DNA of 57,493 nt, counting the filler, from Dugesia japonica (Eukaryota): assembly GCA_001938525.1 (NCBI GenBank). It is 4 parts of 4 records of this genome, joined end to end, with 100 filler letters (N's around TTAATTAATTAA, not from the genome) between each part and the next. Parts side by side here need not be neighbours in the genome. Positions count along the whole stretch, not along the records: positions 1 to 16,751 come from MQRL01628762.1; positions 16,852 to 30,133 come from MQRL01564802.1; 2 more parts are not named here. One strand, given 5' to 3'. The notes under the pieces were generated by a model. That model saw nothing but the letters and a program-made list of their open reading frames with translations, ran no database searches and was not told the DNA's origin. The position numbers and the translations under genes are program-made. Numbering within the stretch: the stretch's first letter is position 1; each line of letters starts with the position of its first letter. Shown here in pieces: positions 12,797-24,400 of this stretch.

Positions 12797-12980
12797 AATT
12801 CATTTAAAATAAAAGCTTCGAAAAAAATTTGTTTTTTTGGTTTTTTCAGATTAATTCTATACTTCGACTTTGTCTTCGTCAGGAATTGGTGACGAATTAT
12901 TGACGAAGACAAAGTCGAAATATAGACTTAATCTCAAAAAAACAAATTTTGATCGAAAGTTTTATTTTAAATGAATTATT
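12797..12980. repeat. Foldback element with two opposed hammerhead cores
   Basis: ~90-bp inverted arms; minus core at 12853-12887 (GAAA>GAAG) and plus core at 12895-12929 (CTGA>TTGA). Confidence 0.75.
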
Positions 12981-13033
12981 CATTTATAAAATTAATCTTA
13001 GTTATAGCTTTATTTAATTTTTTTTATTATGTT

Positions 13034-13270
13034 TTAAACATTTTTCTCTTTCTCAAATGCCACACGTAAACGAGTCTGAAAATCTTCAACTTTATTCAAT
13101 ATATTTACATATTGTTCCAACAAATCTACATCTAACAAACAAGATAATAATCTCTCCTGTTGTTTTGCCTGGGTGAGGTTTTGAGCTTCAAAATAAAATT
13201 GACCTCGCTTGATGAATTTCTCAATATCATCTTCATTACAGAGCACATTCTGCAATAACCTCTCTGTAAA
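13034..13270 (-). mobile_element. Gypsy gag N-terminal remnant
   Basis: DDIEKFIKRGQFYFEAQNL...LLEQY...FQTRLRVAF, a gag-like helical pattern. Confidence 0.45.
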
Positions 13271-13322
13271 ATAAACGTCAATGAAAACACAAAATTTAAT
13301 TAAATTTCAAAGTTATAATAAA

Positions 13323-14046
13323 AAATATAGAACCGGTTCAAATTTGATCTTACCGAATAAATTATCATCCTATTTTTATATCTACATCAAAACCCATGTC
13401 AATCTGCAAAAGAAAATATAAATTACAAACAAATAAATAATAATACAAATAACATAAATAACAAAGATAATAAGTGTTTTTTGTAAAGTGTACTGGCTGT
13501 TACAAAAGCAAAAATCATGCGGATGAACAACATAGATTTCAAACAGCACAACACCAGAAATAAATGTCTGCATTAAAGTATAGCAAGGCAAATATGCCAA
13601 TGAAGTTAAAAATATACCCAAATTTGAATGACAAAATTTTGGACTTTCGATCAACGTCATATCATAGAACTCAACATCACTTGAAGATTTTGATGTAATG
13701 AAGCATCTAAATCTAGACATCATACATAAATATAAAGTGGTTAAAGAACAAAGAATTTATCTGTGGCTTTTGAAAAATGGTAAAAATTATTATTAGACAG
13801 TGGCCATGAATAAAAATTGATTGACAAATTGTGGTATTAAACTCAATTGGGTACAAATAAGATTTAAATTGTGTCTAAATTGCCTTAATGGATTCAGATT
13901 ACAAGAAACGTTTGATATATGATAGAATACAAACTAGCAATACTCAGTATACGATGACGACAGATACAAAATTGGAATTTTAGGATTATTGCAAAACAAT
14001 TATTCCTCTACTTTTCATAAATGCCGATTTTGAATCAGTTTTACCT
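13323..14046 (+). mobile_element. Polinton/Maverick protein-primed DNA polymerase B, N-terminal remnant
   Basis: GSNLILP..INNKDNKCFL*SVLA..MPMKL/NIPKFE*QNFGLSINVI..IYLWLL..CLNCLNGF..LEF*DYCKTIIPLLFINADFESVLP (Exo I YADFES motif). Confidence 0.78.
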
Positions 14047-14507
14047 AGCCATTAAATAACATAGGATGGAAAATGCATCATTTTGTAGTACTTTGTTTGA
14101 AATGGTAAGCTCCATGTCAGCTTAAGATCTTTGACATCCTTTATTGAAGTAACAAAAATTTGTTAAATTCAAATTATTAAATGATTATATTACTTGATGT
14201 TTATCAATTTCCAGGGTTTAATAGTTTGAAATTTCAGAAAAAACCGACTAAAGAATTTTTTCAAGATTATCTTAAATTTATTTTGTTTGAATTGCTAAAG
14301 CCATTTTATGCAATGAATACATTCTTTTACGAATATCTTGTATATATTTACAAACATTTACATTTTTCAAGTAAGTATTTTCTTTAATTGTTTTTTATTG
14401 TCATTTGAAAATTTTCTAAACACAGAATTCCTTTTAGATTATTGATTAAAGATAAATGTCTCTAGTTTCACTCACAGAGTATCTATATTTGTATTCACTG
14501 TTAATAT

Positions 14508-15305
14508 TGTGATGTGTTTTAATAATATTAATTAATTTGTGTAGATTTTAAATGAACTTTAGTAAACTCAAGTTCCCTTAATTAATTACAATAACATGGC
14601 GTCACGATCATTGCTGGAAGAACTTATCGACTGGCTAAATGTAAAAAATATGTTTTCGAAGAAATTTACAATTGGAGAAAACATTTCAAATCATATTACC
14701 GAATTCGAAACATTTGCCGAAGAACAAAAAATCGGGGATCCAACAAAACGATCAGAGAAGTTATTAAAAAGTTTAGAAGAAGAAGCATTTTTTAACTCCA
14801 ATCAATCCCAGAGTTTAAATCTAATAAAATAAATTATGAATGATCGAAGACAAAGTTATTTGAATTATATCAAATCAAGTCAACCAAGTTAACTCCAATA
14901 ATTAATATTTTATCCTTGAAGCAGTAAGATATGACTCTTAGACAGTATCTAACTGCTATCAGAGTTTCAGGATTCACAAAATTTCAGATTTTGATGAATT
15001 TGATAGAGAAAAGACTCTCTTATCAATATTTTTTAAAGGAGTTAATAATCGTTTGGCAGCCAGAGCCACGGAAATTATGAAACCAAACACTCTGGAAGAA
15101 GCTCTCAATTTTATGAAAAAGAAGATAAAACTCGACATAATGATAAATTGCGAATTATTAGCAATGATTTTAATACAAAAAAATGGCAAGAAATGGAAAT
15201 ATTAGGACGAAAAATTATCGAGCTTGAAAACCGTATAAAGTATTTAGAAAGAAACCATGAAACAGATTCTCAAAAGTATGCAGTTCAAAAGTTCAAAGAA
15301 AAATT
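14508..15305 (+). mobile_element. Gypsy 5' remnant: short TG..CA LTR, PBS, gag
   Basis: TGT(14508)...ACA(14596) immediately followed by TGGCGTCACGA; decayed gag (FTIGENISNHITEFE..., LSIFLKGVNN..PNTLEEAL). Confidence 0.65.
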
Positions 15306-15313
15306 AAAATGTT

Positions 15314-15950
15314 AGTTGGGGAAAGTGGTGGTCTGGCGCACACACATTCAGTAACCATCCCCCGCCGTGACGTAACGAAACGAAACATAATCCTAATGTA
15401 TTTTGTCGACGATTTGAAATTGTACACCTATTAAGTAATATTATGTAACTGCGCCAGTATTTTTTATGTGTATTTACTCGAGAAAATTTTTTTGCACACA
15501 AANTATGTCATAGATTAATTTCGTCGCCGGGAAAATTTACGTAATAGGATTAAGTGGTTTGATTTTTAAATTTATTTTATAAATGGTTTGATTTTCTCCT
15601 ATGTTTTTAGTTGATGAAGTTTTTCAGGTTTTTTAAGTATTAGAATTTTTTAGGTTTTTTAAGCAGTAGGATTTTTTCAAGCTTTTTTAATGGGAAAATA
15701 TTTTTTATGAAATTTTTTACTGAAATTCGGATGAACTTATCATGTTGTTTAAATAATATGAGAAATTAAAAATTTTTAAATAGAATTTTAATGGGAATCC
15801 AGACATCCAAAATTTCAAAATATTTTTTTCGAATTTTACAACATATAGATATTTTTACAGCTTTCGACTAAGAATTTTACGGCGATCATTTTTGGTTTTC
15901 CCAGTTTTTTACACAGGATTTTTTCGAAAATATTTTTTCTCCTCAAATGT
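15314..15950 (+). mobile_element. Polinton-like left terminal repeat
   Basis: AGTTGGGGAAAG..GGCGCACAC start; aatcctaatgt motif shared with 179-189; subterminal region homologous to 10300-10886 and 38638ff; pPolB 3' end follows. Confidence 0.5.
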
Positions 15951-16487
15951 AATTATAATTTAGTGTATGCGATAGAGAATGTTTTGCTGATTCCAAATAT
16001 GGTAACCTAAAATCGCCAAAGTTAATCCTCAATGAAATAAATAGGTTTTCGTGTCGAAAAGAGGTCAAAATTCAGATCTTTGAGTTCAGAACTCTGAGCT
16101 CAGAGCACTGATATTGATTCGATTTTGGTCTTATTTTAATCAGGAGAAAAAGGTGACTGTGTAAAGTTAAAATATTGTCCAGCTAAAAATGCTTCCTAAC
16201 AAAGATATACAGCTGACCTCCCGGATTTTGGTAGCTTTTATCGAAAATATCAAAAACAACTCAAAAATTATCGAAATTAGTACTGTTCGCCTCAGAATTT
16301 TACAGTGAGTACGAAAAACATAGTTAAAAATCAAAAAATCTTTTACATAAAAAGTTGTATTTTTTAATTCAAAATTTATTTAATAAATCTGGTTGCATTT
16401 TTTATTAGACTGATTGATTGTAGGCTTGTTTAATGAAACTGAAAAAAAATTATTAATTAATTAAATAAAATTAATAAATTATTACCT

Positions 16488-16751
16488 TTACATTGTCTGG
16501 ACTGTTTCTGATTCATCTTCACGATAAGGTGGTAATTTACAATGTCCGTATGGAAGACTTATATTTTTATCTGTCCATACTCTTTTGTCATCTGTGTTAG
16601 TGAGTGCAATTTTAGAATTATTTGAACTTTATAGTGTGTGGTCCTTACTAAAGATTCTGAATTGATTAACTGAGACGTTTTGATTGTTAGTATAACAATC
16701 AAGATACGACTGATGACTTATGTCAGTACCTTTTAATGTTACCCCCTTAGC
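16488..16751 (-). mobile_element. Polinton pPolB C-terminus
   Basis: AKGVTLKGTDISHQSYLDC..NQFRIFSKDHTL*SSNNSKIALTNTDDKRVWTDKNISLPYGH; canonical K(A)KGV, DDKR and LPYGH motifs; truncated by a gap. Confidence 0.85.
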
Positions 16752-16927
16752 NNNNNNNNNNNNNNNNNNNNNNNNNNNNNNNNNNNNNNNNNNNNTTAAT
16801 TAATTAANNNNNNNNNNNNNNNNNNNNNNNNNNNNNNNNNNNNNNNNNNNNACAAATGGGAATGAGAGGGTTAAAAATTTTCTAAAATTGTTGACATTAT
16901 TAATATAAATAAATATTATTTGTATTA

Positions 16928-17073
16928 TTTCATTAAAATAAAGAAAAAGCTTCGATCAAAATAAATGTATTTGTAAAAAAGTTCAAATTTTCGACAATGG
17001 TCTTCGAAAATTTGAACTTTTTCTACAAAATGCATTTTATTTCTATCGAAACTTTTTCTTTATTTTAATGAAA
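16928..17073. repeat. Foldback element related to the hammerhead pLTR family
   Basis: ~68-bp inverted arms containing aagcttcgatcaaa; the loop reads rc CGAAGACcattGTCGAAA (stem II remnant); adjacent to (ATT)n. Confidence 0.65.
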
Positions 17074-17133
17074 TTTTAAATAAGATCAATGGTTAAGTCC
17101 AACAATTATTCTTACAATAATTGTAATTATAAA

Positions 17134-17173
<40 letters not shown>

Positions 17174-18462
17174 NNNNNNNNNNNNNNNNNNNNNNNNNNN
17201 NNNNNNNNNNNNNNNNNNNNNNNNNNNNNNNNNNNNNNNNNNNNNNNNNNNNNNNNNNNNNNNNNNNNNNNNNNNNNNNNNNNNNNNNNNNNNNNNNNNN
17301 NACTTAACAAATTGGAACAATATCTATGCACCTTTGGTGTATAATATTACTATTTGGTCATTATTAAAATAAACTTTTAGAATTCTTTAGTAAAAATTAA
17401 TAATTTTGAAGTTTTCCGATTTTTATCAGACATCAGATCTAAATTTTTAAAAATAAATAAATAAATAAATAACAGTTCTTTATTCATAAATTTAATTTTT
17501 TCTAGTTTAATTTTTGTACCATTTGCTATTTGTTATTCTTTAGAGATTTCATTAAGAGAATGAAAAAACAATAAAATAAATGTTTAACTATTAAAGATTT
17601 GTATAAATATCCAATTTTTATACAAAATAAATTTGTTAGAAAAACAATGAATCAAGATAATAAACTAACAATTAACTAATTAAACAACAATATAGACATT
17701 CCACATTGATTCGTGTTCAGTTTTATTAAGATCAAGTGCCATTCATCAGAAAATTAATTTAATGTGAATTTATTATAATATTTTATTCATACTGTTGAGC
17801 ACCAACTGTGAAATTTTGTTTTACATTTCAATTATATTATATTTAATAATCTTGTATTTAATTTATTTATTTTAAAATTATCAATATTGAAAGATTAATT
17901 AATTTTATACAATTTAAATATTAATATTAATTTTTTTTGAAAGGATTATTGTATTTGTAAAGGACTATTAGAAGACGGTTTCAAAATGACGATAATAAAT
18001 ATAAAAACAATAATACCATTAATTTAATCAATTTAAACAAATGAAAAATATTAACTGGAATATTTTAGTAAAATTAAATAACAAATCTATTTGATATTTT
18101 AGCTAGTAAATTCTTTCGAGTATTAATGCACAATAAAAAGAAAAGAATCTATTTTAACTTTCTAACAGAACTATTCTTGGTTTTAATTTTTTTGAATTAA
18201 ACGTATTTTATTTGTGAAGTCAATGCAATCTTAACTTGCATTCATAGGTTGTCATCAGTTAACAAACAGGATAATCTGTTTTTAGGTGTGCTATCAAAAA
18301 GGTTCGTTTTTAACATGTTTGTGTGTTTAAGTACAATTATATGATTCATAGTTAATGCATCAACAAGATTACGTTACAATCTCTTTGTTTAAATAGATCA
18401 TTTTCAAAGTCTTAAAATATATTATTTTCATTTGAAAATAATTTATCTAATATTCGATTTAG

Positions 18463-18798
18463 ATTTCAAATCGAACTTCAAAAAATTTCCTCAATCAAAA
18501 ACCATTCAAAGAGGACAATCTCTGATTCTCACATGTGTTCCTCCTGAAAGTAAACCAAAATCTAACGTAAACATTGTTTATCAAGTTAAAGTTAAAACTA
18601 ATTGATTCATTTTCTAAAATTAGGTTCAATGGATGAAAGATAAAAGGAAAATATTTGAGAACAGTAGAATTAAAATCATTGATGAGCATCAACTATTGGT
18701 TAAGGATACTGTATTGTCAGATGCTGGAAATTATAGTTGTACAGCAAGTAGTCTAGAAGAAATACGTTATTCTCCCATAGCTGTTATAAAAATTCAAG
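18463..18798 (+). CDS. unc5: UNC5 second Ig-domain exons (18463-18566, 18624-18798)
   Basis: FKSNFKKFPQSKTIQRGQSLILTCVPPESKPKSN / VQWMKDK...LSDAGNYSCTASSLEEIRYSPIAVIKIQ, separated by a 57-nt GT-AG intron. Confidence 0.9.
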
Positions 18799-21700
18799 GT
18801 CAGTCTGAAAATTTAATTTCGAAATCTTTAATAAAACTATTAGAAGTAGTTACTGCAAATCCATCTACACAATGGTCAGCTTGGTCTGTTTGTGATAGTA
18901 ATTGTAAAAAATCAAGAACTAGATCTTGTAACAATAAAGATAATTGCAATGAAATAGTTAAAGAAGTGGAATCTTGCACAAAAACTGAATGTGAAGGTAA
19001 TAATTGACAATGTAAAATTGGAGTTTTTTCTAGAGTTCAAATATCAAACTTTTTGTTTTCTATTTTTAAATTGCATAACCAATAAGCGAGGATTTAAAAT
19101 CAGAATAATTCGAGCTCGGTTTATTAAGTATTTTATGGGTGGAATAATTTGAACACTCGTTATTAATACAAATTACAGAATATTTAAAATAATTTTGATA
19201 CTAATATTTTGAAAGATTGTTTTTGATCAATAGTTAACAATTGAAAGAAAAAATAAAACGAAATATTTACATCGGTATTACAAGTAAAAATCATAATAAA
19301 ATCAAGTATAAAAACAAAGAAAAAGAAAAAAATCTGAAGCTTNNNNNNNNNNNNNNNNNNNNNNNNNNNNNNNNNNNNNNNNNNNNNNNNNNNNNNNNNN
19401 NNNNNNNNNNNNNNNNNNNNNNNNNNNNNNNNNNNNNNNNNNNNNNNNNATTTCATATCAATTAATTTAAACAAAATTTAATTATTTCATAAAATTAATA
19501 GCTTCGATCAAAATGTTGTTTATTTTTAATATTTTTCATGATATTTTAGTAGTTAATATTTCAAAATTTTGACTTTTGTCTTCAGAATTTAACGTTTTGA
19601 TTGATTTAATCAATATTAGAAAATTTTACAAAATTGTGCATTTTATTAAATTTTGTTTTACTTTTAAATTAAATTTTAATATATTTTAATTAAATTTATT
19701 ATAATTACTATGAACTACATTAATTTTATGTATATCATGTCTGATCAATATTTCTTCATGTTTCTTTCTGTGAAGTGAAGAATTGTAGCCTTTTCCTAAT
19801 ATTTTCTGTTATATGATTTTTTTCTGGTGAAATCTTATGTTTGTATTAAAAGTATTTGAATCATTTCCATTTCTTTCTGTTGGAGATGTTCTTTAATTCT
19901 TGTTCGGATGGTTTTGCAAAATATAATAAAAAAATCGGAATTCAAACATAATCCAAGAGTTATATTCAAAATACAAGCACATTTTGATAGTCAATTACAG
20001 AAACCAAGATAAAACCTATATCATATGAAATGTATTTGTGATGATATAAATATATGCAATAAGAAAATATCACTTATAAAATAACAAGGATACATATATA
20101 GGAGAAACAAATATTTTCAATGTTTCTTATTTCTTATTTCATTAATTTTATTGTCATATAGTAATTGACTTTAATTGTTTTGACATTTTATGCTCAATTT
20201 TTCACAAGAATAAATATATCTATCAAAAAATAAAGATAAAATTATAATATTAAGTATGTAAAAAGTGTTTCCATTTATTAAGTTGTAATAAAAACAATAA
20301 CGATGATTTTAAATGCCAATCAAATCGTTTTATTATTTAATTGTTTGAATTATGACCATGTGAATTTTATAAATATAAATGTGTTAATATTTGAATATTA
20401 TTTTTTAAATAATTATTCGACATTCAATGATTAAGCTCAAATCAACTTTACTTTATATTGAAAATATTTAGATAATATTCAAACAATATTGAAATATTAA
20501 TCATCAACTTATACATTTTAAAATAATTACAAATATTAAAACAAACATCTTACATTACAGATATAAATAAAAAAAAACACTTTAACAAAAATCTTTATAT
20601 ATTTTCTAAATTTCCTTTATTAACTGAAATATTTTCTCAAGGAAATCTTCAACATTATTGTCATGTTACATCAATTCATTAAAATAATTTTTTTCGAATT
20701 CTTATCATATTACAACGGGCTTTTTGTTGATATCAACATGCTAGATATGATCTTTTGTTGAATGGTTAATAAGGTTAAGTTTATATTTAACTGTCAGGTG
20801 TAAAATATAAACCATAATAATTTTTTTAATGATTTATAATAATAAAAATGTTATTTTTAATAAAAACCCTGAAATAAATAAACAACGAAAACTAATAATC
20901 AATTACCAATTTCAATGATATTTTTTATTTTTACATTAAAACAAAAAACGATTCTAAAGTTACACATGATAAGAAAGTGACCCTAAAGCTACACCCCTAG
21001 ATTCATATTTTTAATATGATTAAGATATTTTCTTAACAATTTTTTTTGTCAATTTTATTTGCATAGAAAAATAAATAAATATAAATATAAATTAAAGAAA
21101 ATGGTAAATTATAAAATCTATTAATATGATTATTTCGTTTGTATAAATTAGAAATAATAATAAACAATTAATTTCAATGGCTCTGATTACCTCATCAAAA
21201 AATAATTAAAGTCAATTCTGTATAAATGTTTCTGGTAGTTTAATATCTAATTTATCAGATATAAAGAGTGAGTATAATTAGTAGTCATATTAATTTATAG
21301 GCTAAGTGTCAATCATTACAGGCTCTTCTCACAACAATGAATAACTATTTCTTTCTTTTTAGATAATAGAGCAGTGGCGCCTTTTGTGAAGAATCCAAAT
21401 AAGAATGGAGGTGAGCATTTTTCGCTTTATTTTTCTGAGCTATATTTAGCAATTTTATACGAATCAATTTGCAGCAGTGACGGATTTTAAAATTTCTATT
21501 TTCATTTTAAACAAATATAGCTATTTTCAAATTTCCTCTCAAAAATTTCTCCTTTATCCATGACAAGCATGATCAAATTATTCAAGTTATTTTATGCTAT
21601 AATTCTATAGAATTTCAACTATATTATAAATGATAATAATAAATGTAATTGTAAGATATTTTAGTGTTTGAACATATTTTTATTCGACTTTATAAAGACA

Positions 21701-24341
21701 AAATAAAATAGTTTTAAAGTTTATTCAATTTTGAAAATATATTTATATAAATATATAATATTTATAATAAAAATAACAGTAATAATAATATTAATAATCC
21801 TAATATTTTTTATATATATAGTCGAAATTCTATTGGACGAGGGTAAAACGAATATCCAATGAAAGATAAAAAGTGACGAATNNNNNNNNNNNNNNNNNNN
21901 NNNNNNNNNNNNNNNNNNNNNNNNNNNNNNNNNNNNNNNNNTTGATATAAAAAGTATATTATTTAAAACAATATGCTTAAGGTTGATGTTTTGATTTCTA
22001 ACACTATAAACAATTTTTTGTATCTTTATTTTTTAAAATATAAGCTTCAATCAAAATTTGTTTTTTTGAGATTAATTCTATATTTCGACTTAGTCTTCGT
22101 CAGGAATTGACTTTTTTTATTTTTATTTTATTTGGGCTATTCATGTAATATTATTTATATGTGCGTGTTTACTTACATACAATTTTGAATTGAATATGAA
22201 ATAAATTAAATCATTTATCCAACAGAATTATTTTACAAAACAAAATTTATCAACAAAAACATAATGTTTCATTTTCAAGNNNNNNNNNNNNNNNNNNNNN
22301 NNNNTTATTATTATTAATAATAATAATTTTAATAATAATATTATTAATAATTATTATTATAAACGTTTTGTTGCAATAAAAATTATATTACAAATAAATG
22401 ATTTATATTTTCCCGTGGTAAAAATTATAATTTAAAAATAAATAATGACAAAACTACACTGAATCTGATTTTGTTAGTTTAAACATTCAACATGTAAATA
22501 TTTTTGCAATGGATTTTCCACTTTCAAAAAATATTATTAATCTAGGTTCCTTTCATTTGTCTACGATTTCATATAGGGTCATTCCTTCACCAAATCGCAA
22601 AGAACGTGATCCTTATATTTGCTCATCCTCCAGTCTAAAGTTTCCAAATTTAAACTTCGCAAACCATCTCCTTGCTTTTCTTTCATCCAAAGCCGTAATT
22701 GTTGCCCGTGGTTTCTGCTGCTGTTTTATTCCTTTTAAATTCGTAGAGCATGCAATTGCACAAATGTCACACTGGTTGTTTGAAGGTTGCCATTTGAATG
22801 GATTTAGATTTTTAATTTAAATTTCGTAGAAAGAATTTTAGTCATCTAATATTCAGTATAATTGCTTAAATCTTTGTTTGAATAATACAGACTGAATAAT
22901 TCCATATTTTTCATTTTGTCTGATGATCACGGCTGATCTGTCAAAATTTATTAAATCGCGTTATTTATATTTTCATAAAAATGTTTTTTAAATAAATTAA
23001 TAACTTAGTACTCAGATAATTTAATTTTGATTTATTAAACAACAACTTATAAAACATTACTTTTCGGAAGACCTACTAAATTTAGTTTAATGTAAAATAG
23101 TTTATTTTTTGAAAAGAAAAAGTAATATTGTATCCAGTATATGTACAATTATTATGACTGGCAAAACAATTAATAGTGTAATTATTAAATAATTATTTCC
23201 ATTTTTATCTAGTATCAACCAGCAGTTTACAAGATGCCAGAGACATTGCAATGTATGTTGGACTATTTGTGGCTGTAACAATTCTAGTAATGGTCATTAC
23301 TGTCATTTTTTGTCTCATTCGTCGGAAAGCATTCTTACCAATACGAAGTCCGATGCGATATCCACTTAATATTAACGGTAAGTGTTTTGTAATGTTAACG
23401 TTTAAAGTTTACAAATTTGATTGGTGACGCCTATAAAATAATTTATGTATCATTGAATTGTATTATAAAATTTTCTAGGAAATGGCGTCACGTTTGATGT
23501 GAAAAACAGTCTAATTAAAAGTATATTTATGTATTGAAATAAGTGAAACTAATCCGTTTATTTTAAGGTTCAAATCCAATTTCAGTCAAAAACCAAAATA
23601 CTATGGACACAACGTTGAATTCATTAATGCAACAAAGATCTTATCTTTCTCAAAGTCCACCTAATCTGCCTCCACCAACTTGTTTGTCAGAAATTAGCAG
23701 TACAAATGCATATTCAACTGGTATTGACTTTTCATACAATAGCACGGGGTCTGGAAAGTTTTCTCAGCCTTTAATTTCGAATTCATCGTCAGCATCTACA
23801 ACAAATAAATCAAAAGCTACTTCATTGTAAGTTATTCCACTATAAAATCATTTCAAACAATATTATTTTCGAGTCCGATTTCCTAATTTAAATAATTTCT
23901 AGACAATATAACATTGATGTGAACACGACTGAATAACAGGAGAAAAATAATATTATTAAAGGCATACATTTCCTTTAACTTGTCAGTAATACCACAGATT
24001 CTAATTCGATAATCATAATTAATGTACCCATTACAATGAAACTAAATCATATTCACTTTGTTACTACATGACAACTGGAAAATTTTAAAAAGAATCTGAA
24101 CAGTTAAAATATTGTGTACTCTGAGTTTGGTTGTTTCATTTTCAATATTATTTATGAATTTTAAATTCTACCGCTTCGTAAATTAACATTAATTATCGAA
24201 TATTAAAAGAAAATGATTAAATACAATATTTTGTTTTAAACAGTAATCATTAATTTTATCGATTATTTTCAATTTAATAATAATAATAAACNNNNNNNNN
24301 NNNNNNNNNNNNNNNNNNNNNNNNNNNNNNNNNNNNNNNNN

Positions 24342-24400
<59 letters not shown>

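Noticed and set aside
16796-16807. TTAATTAATTAA island between N runs (also 30178-30189 and 39291-39302)
   Set aside because: Identical six-frame-stop 12-mer flanked by Ns, most likely an artificial scaffolding linker. Adjacency across these points is uncertain.
17086-17331. ORFs with poly-I/L/N/Y/X tracts (also 24189, 38402-38730, 46123, 50183, 54138)
   Set aside because: Artefacts of (ATT)n microsatellites and N gaps.
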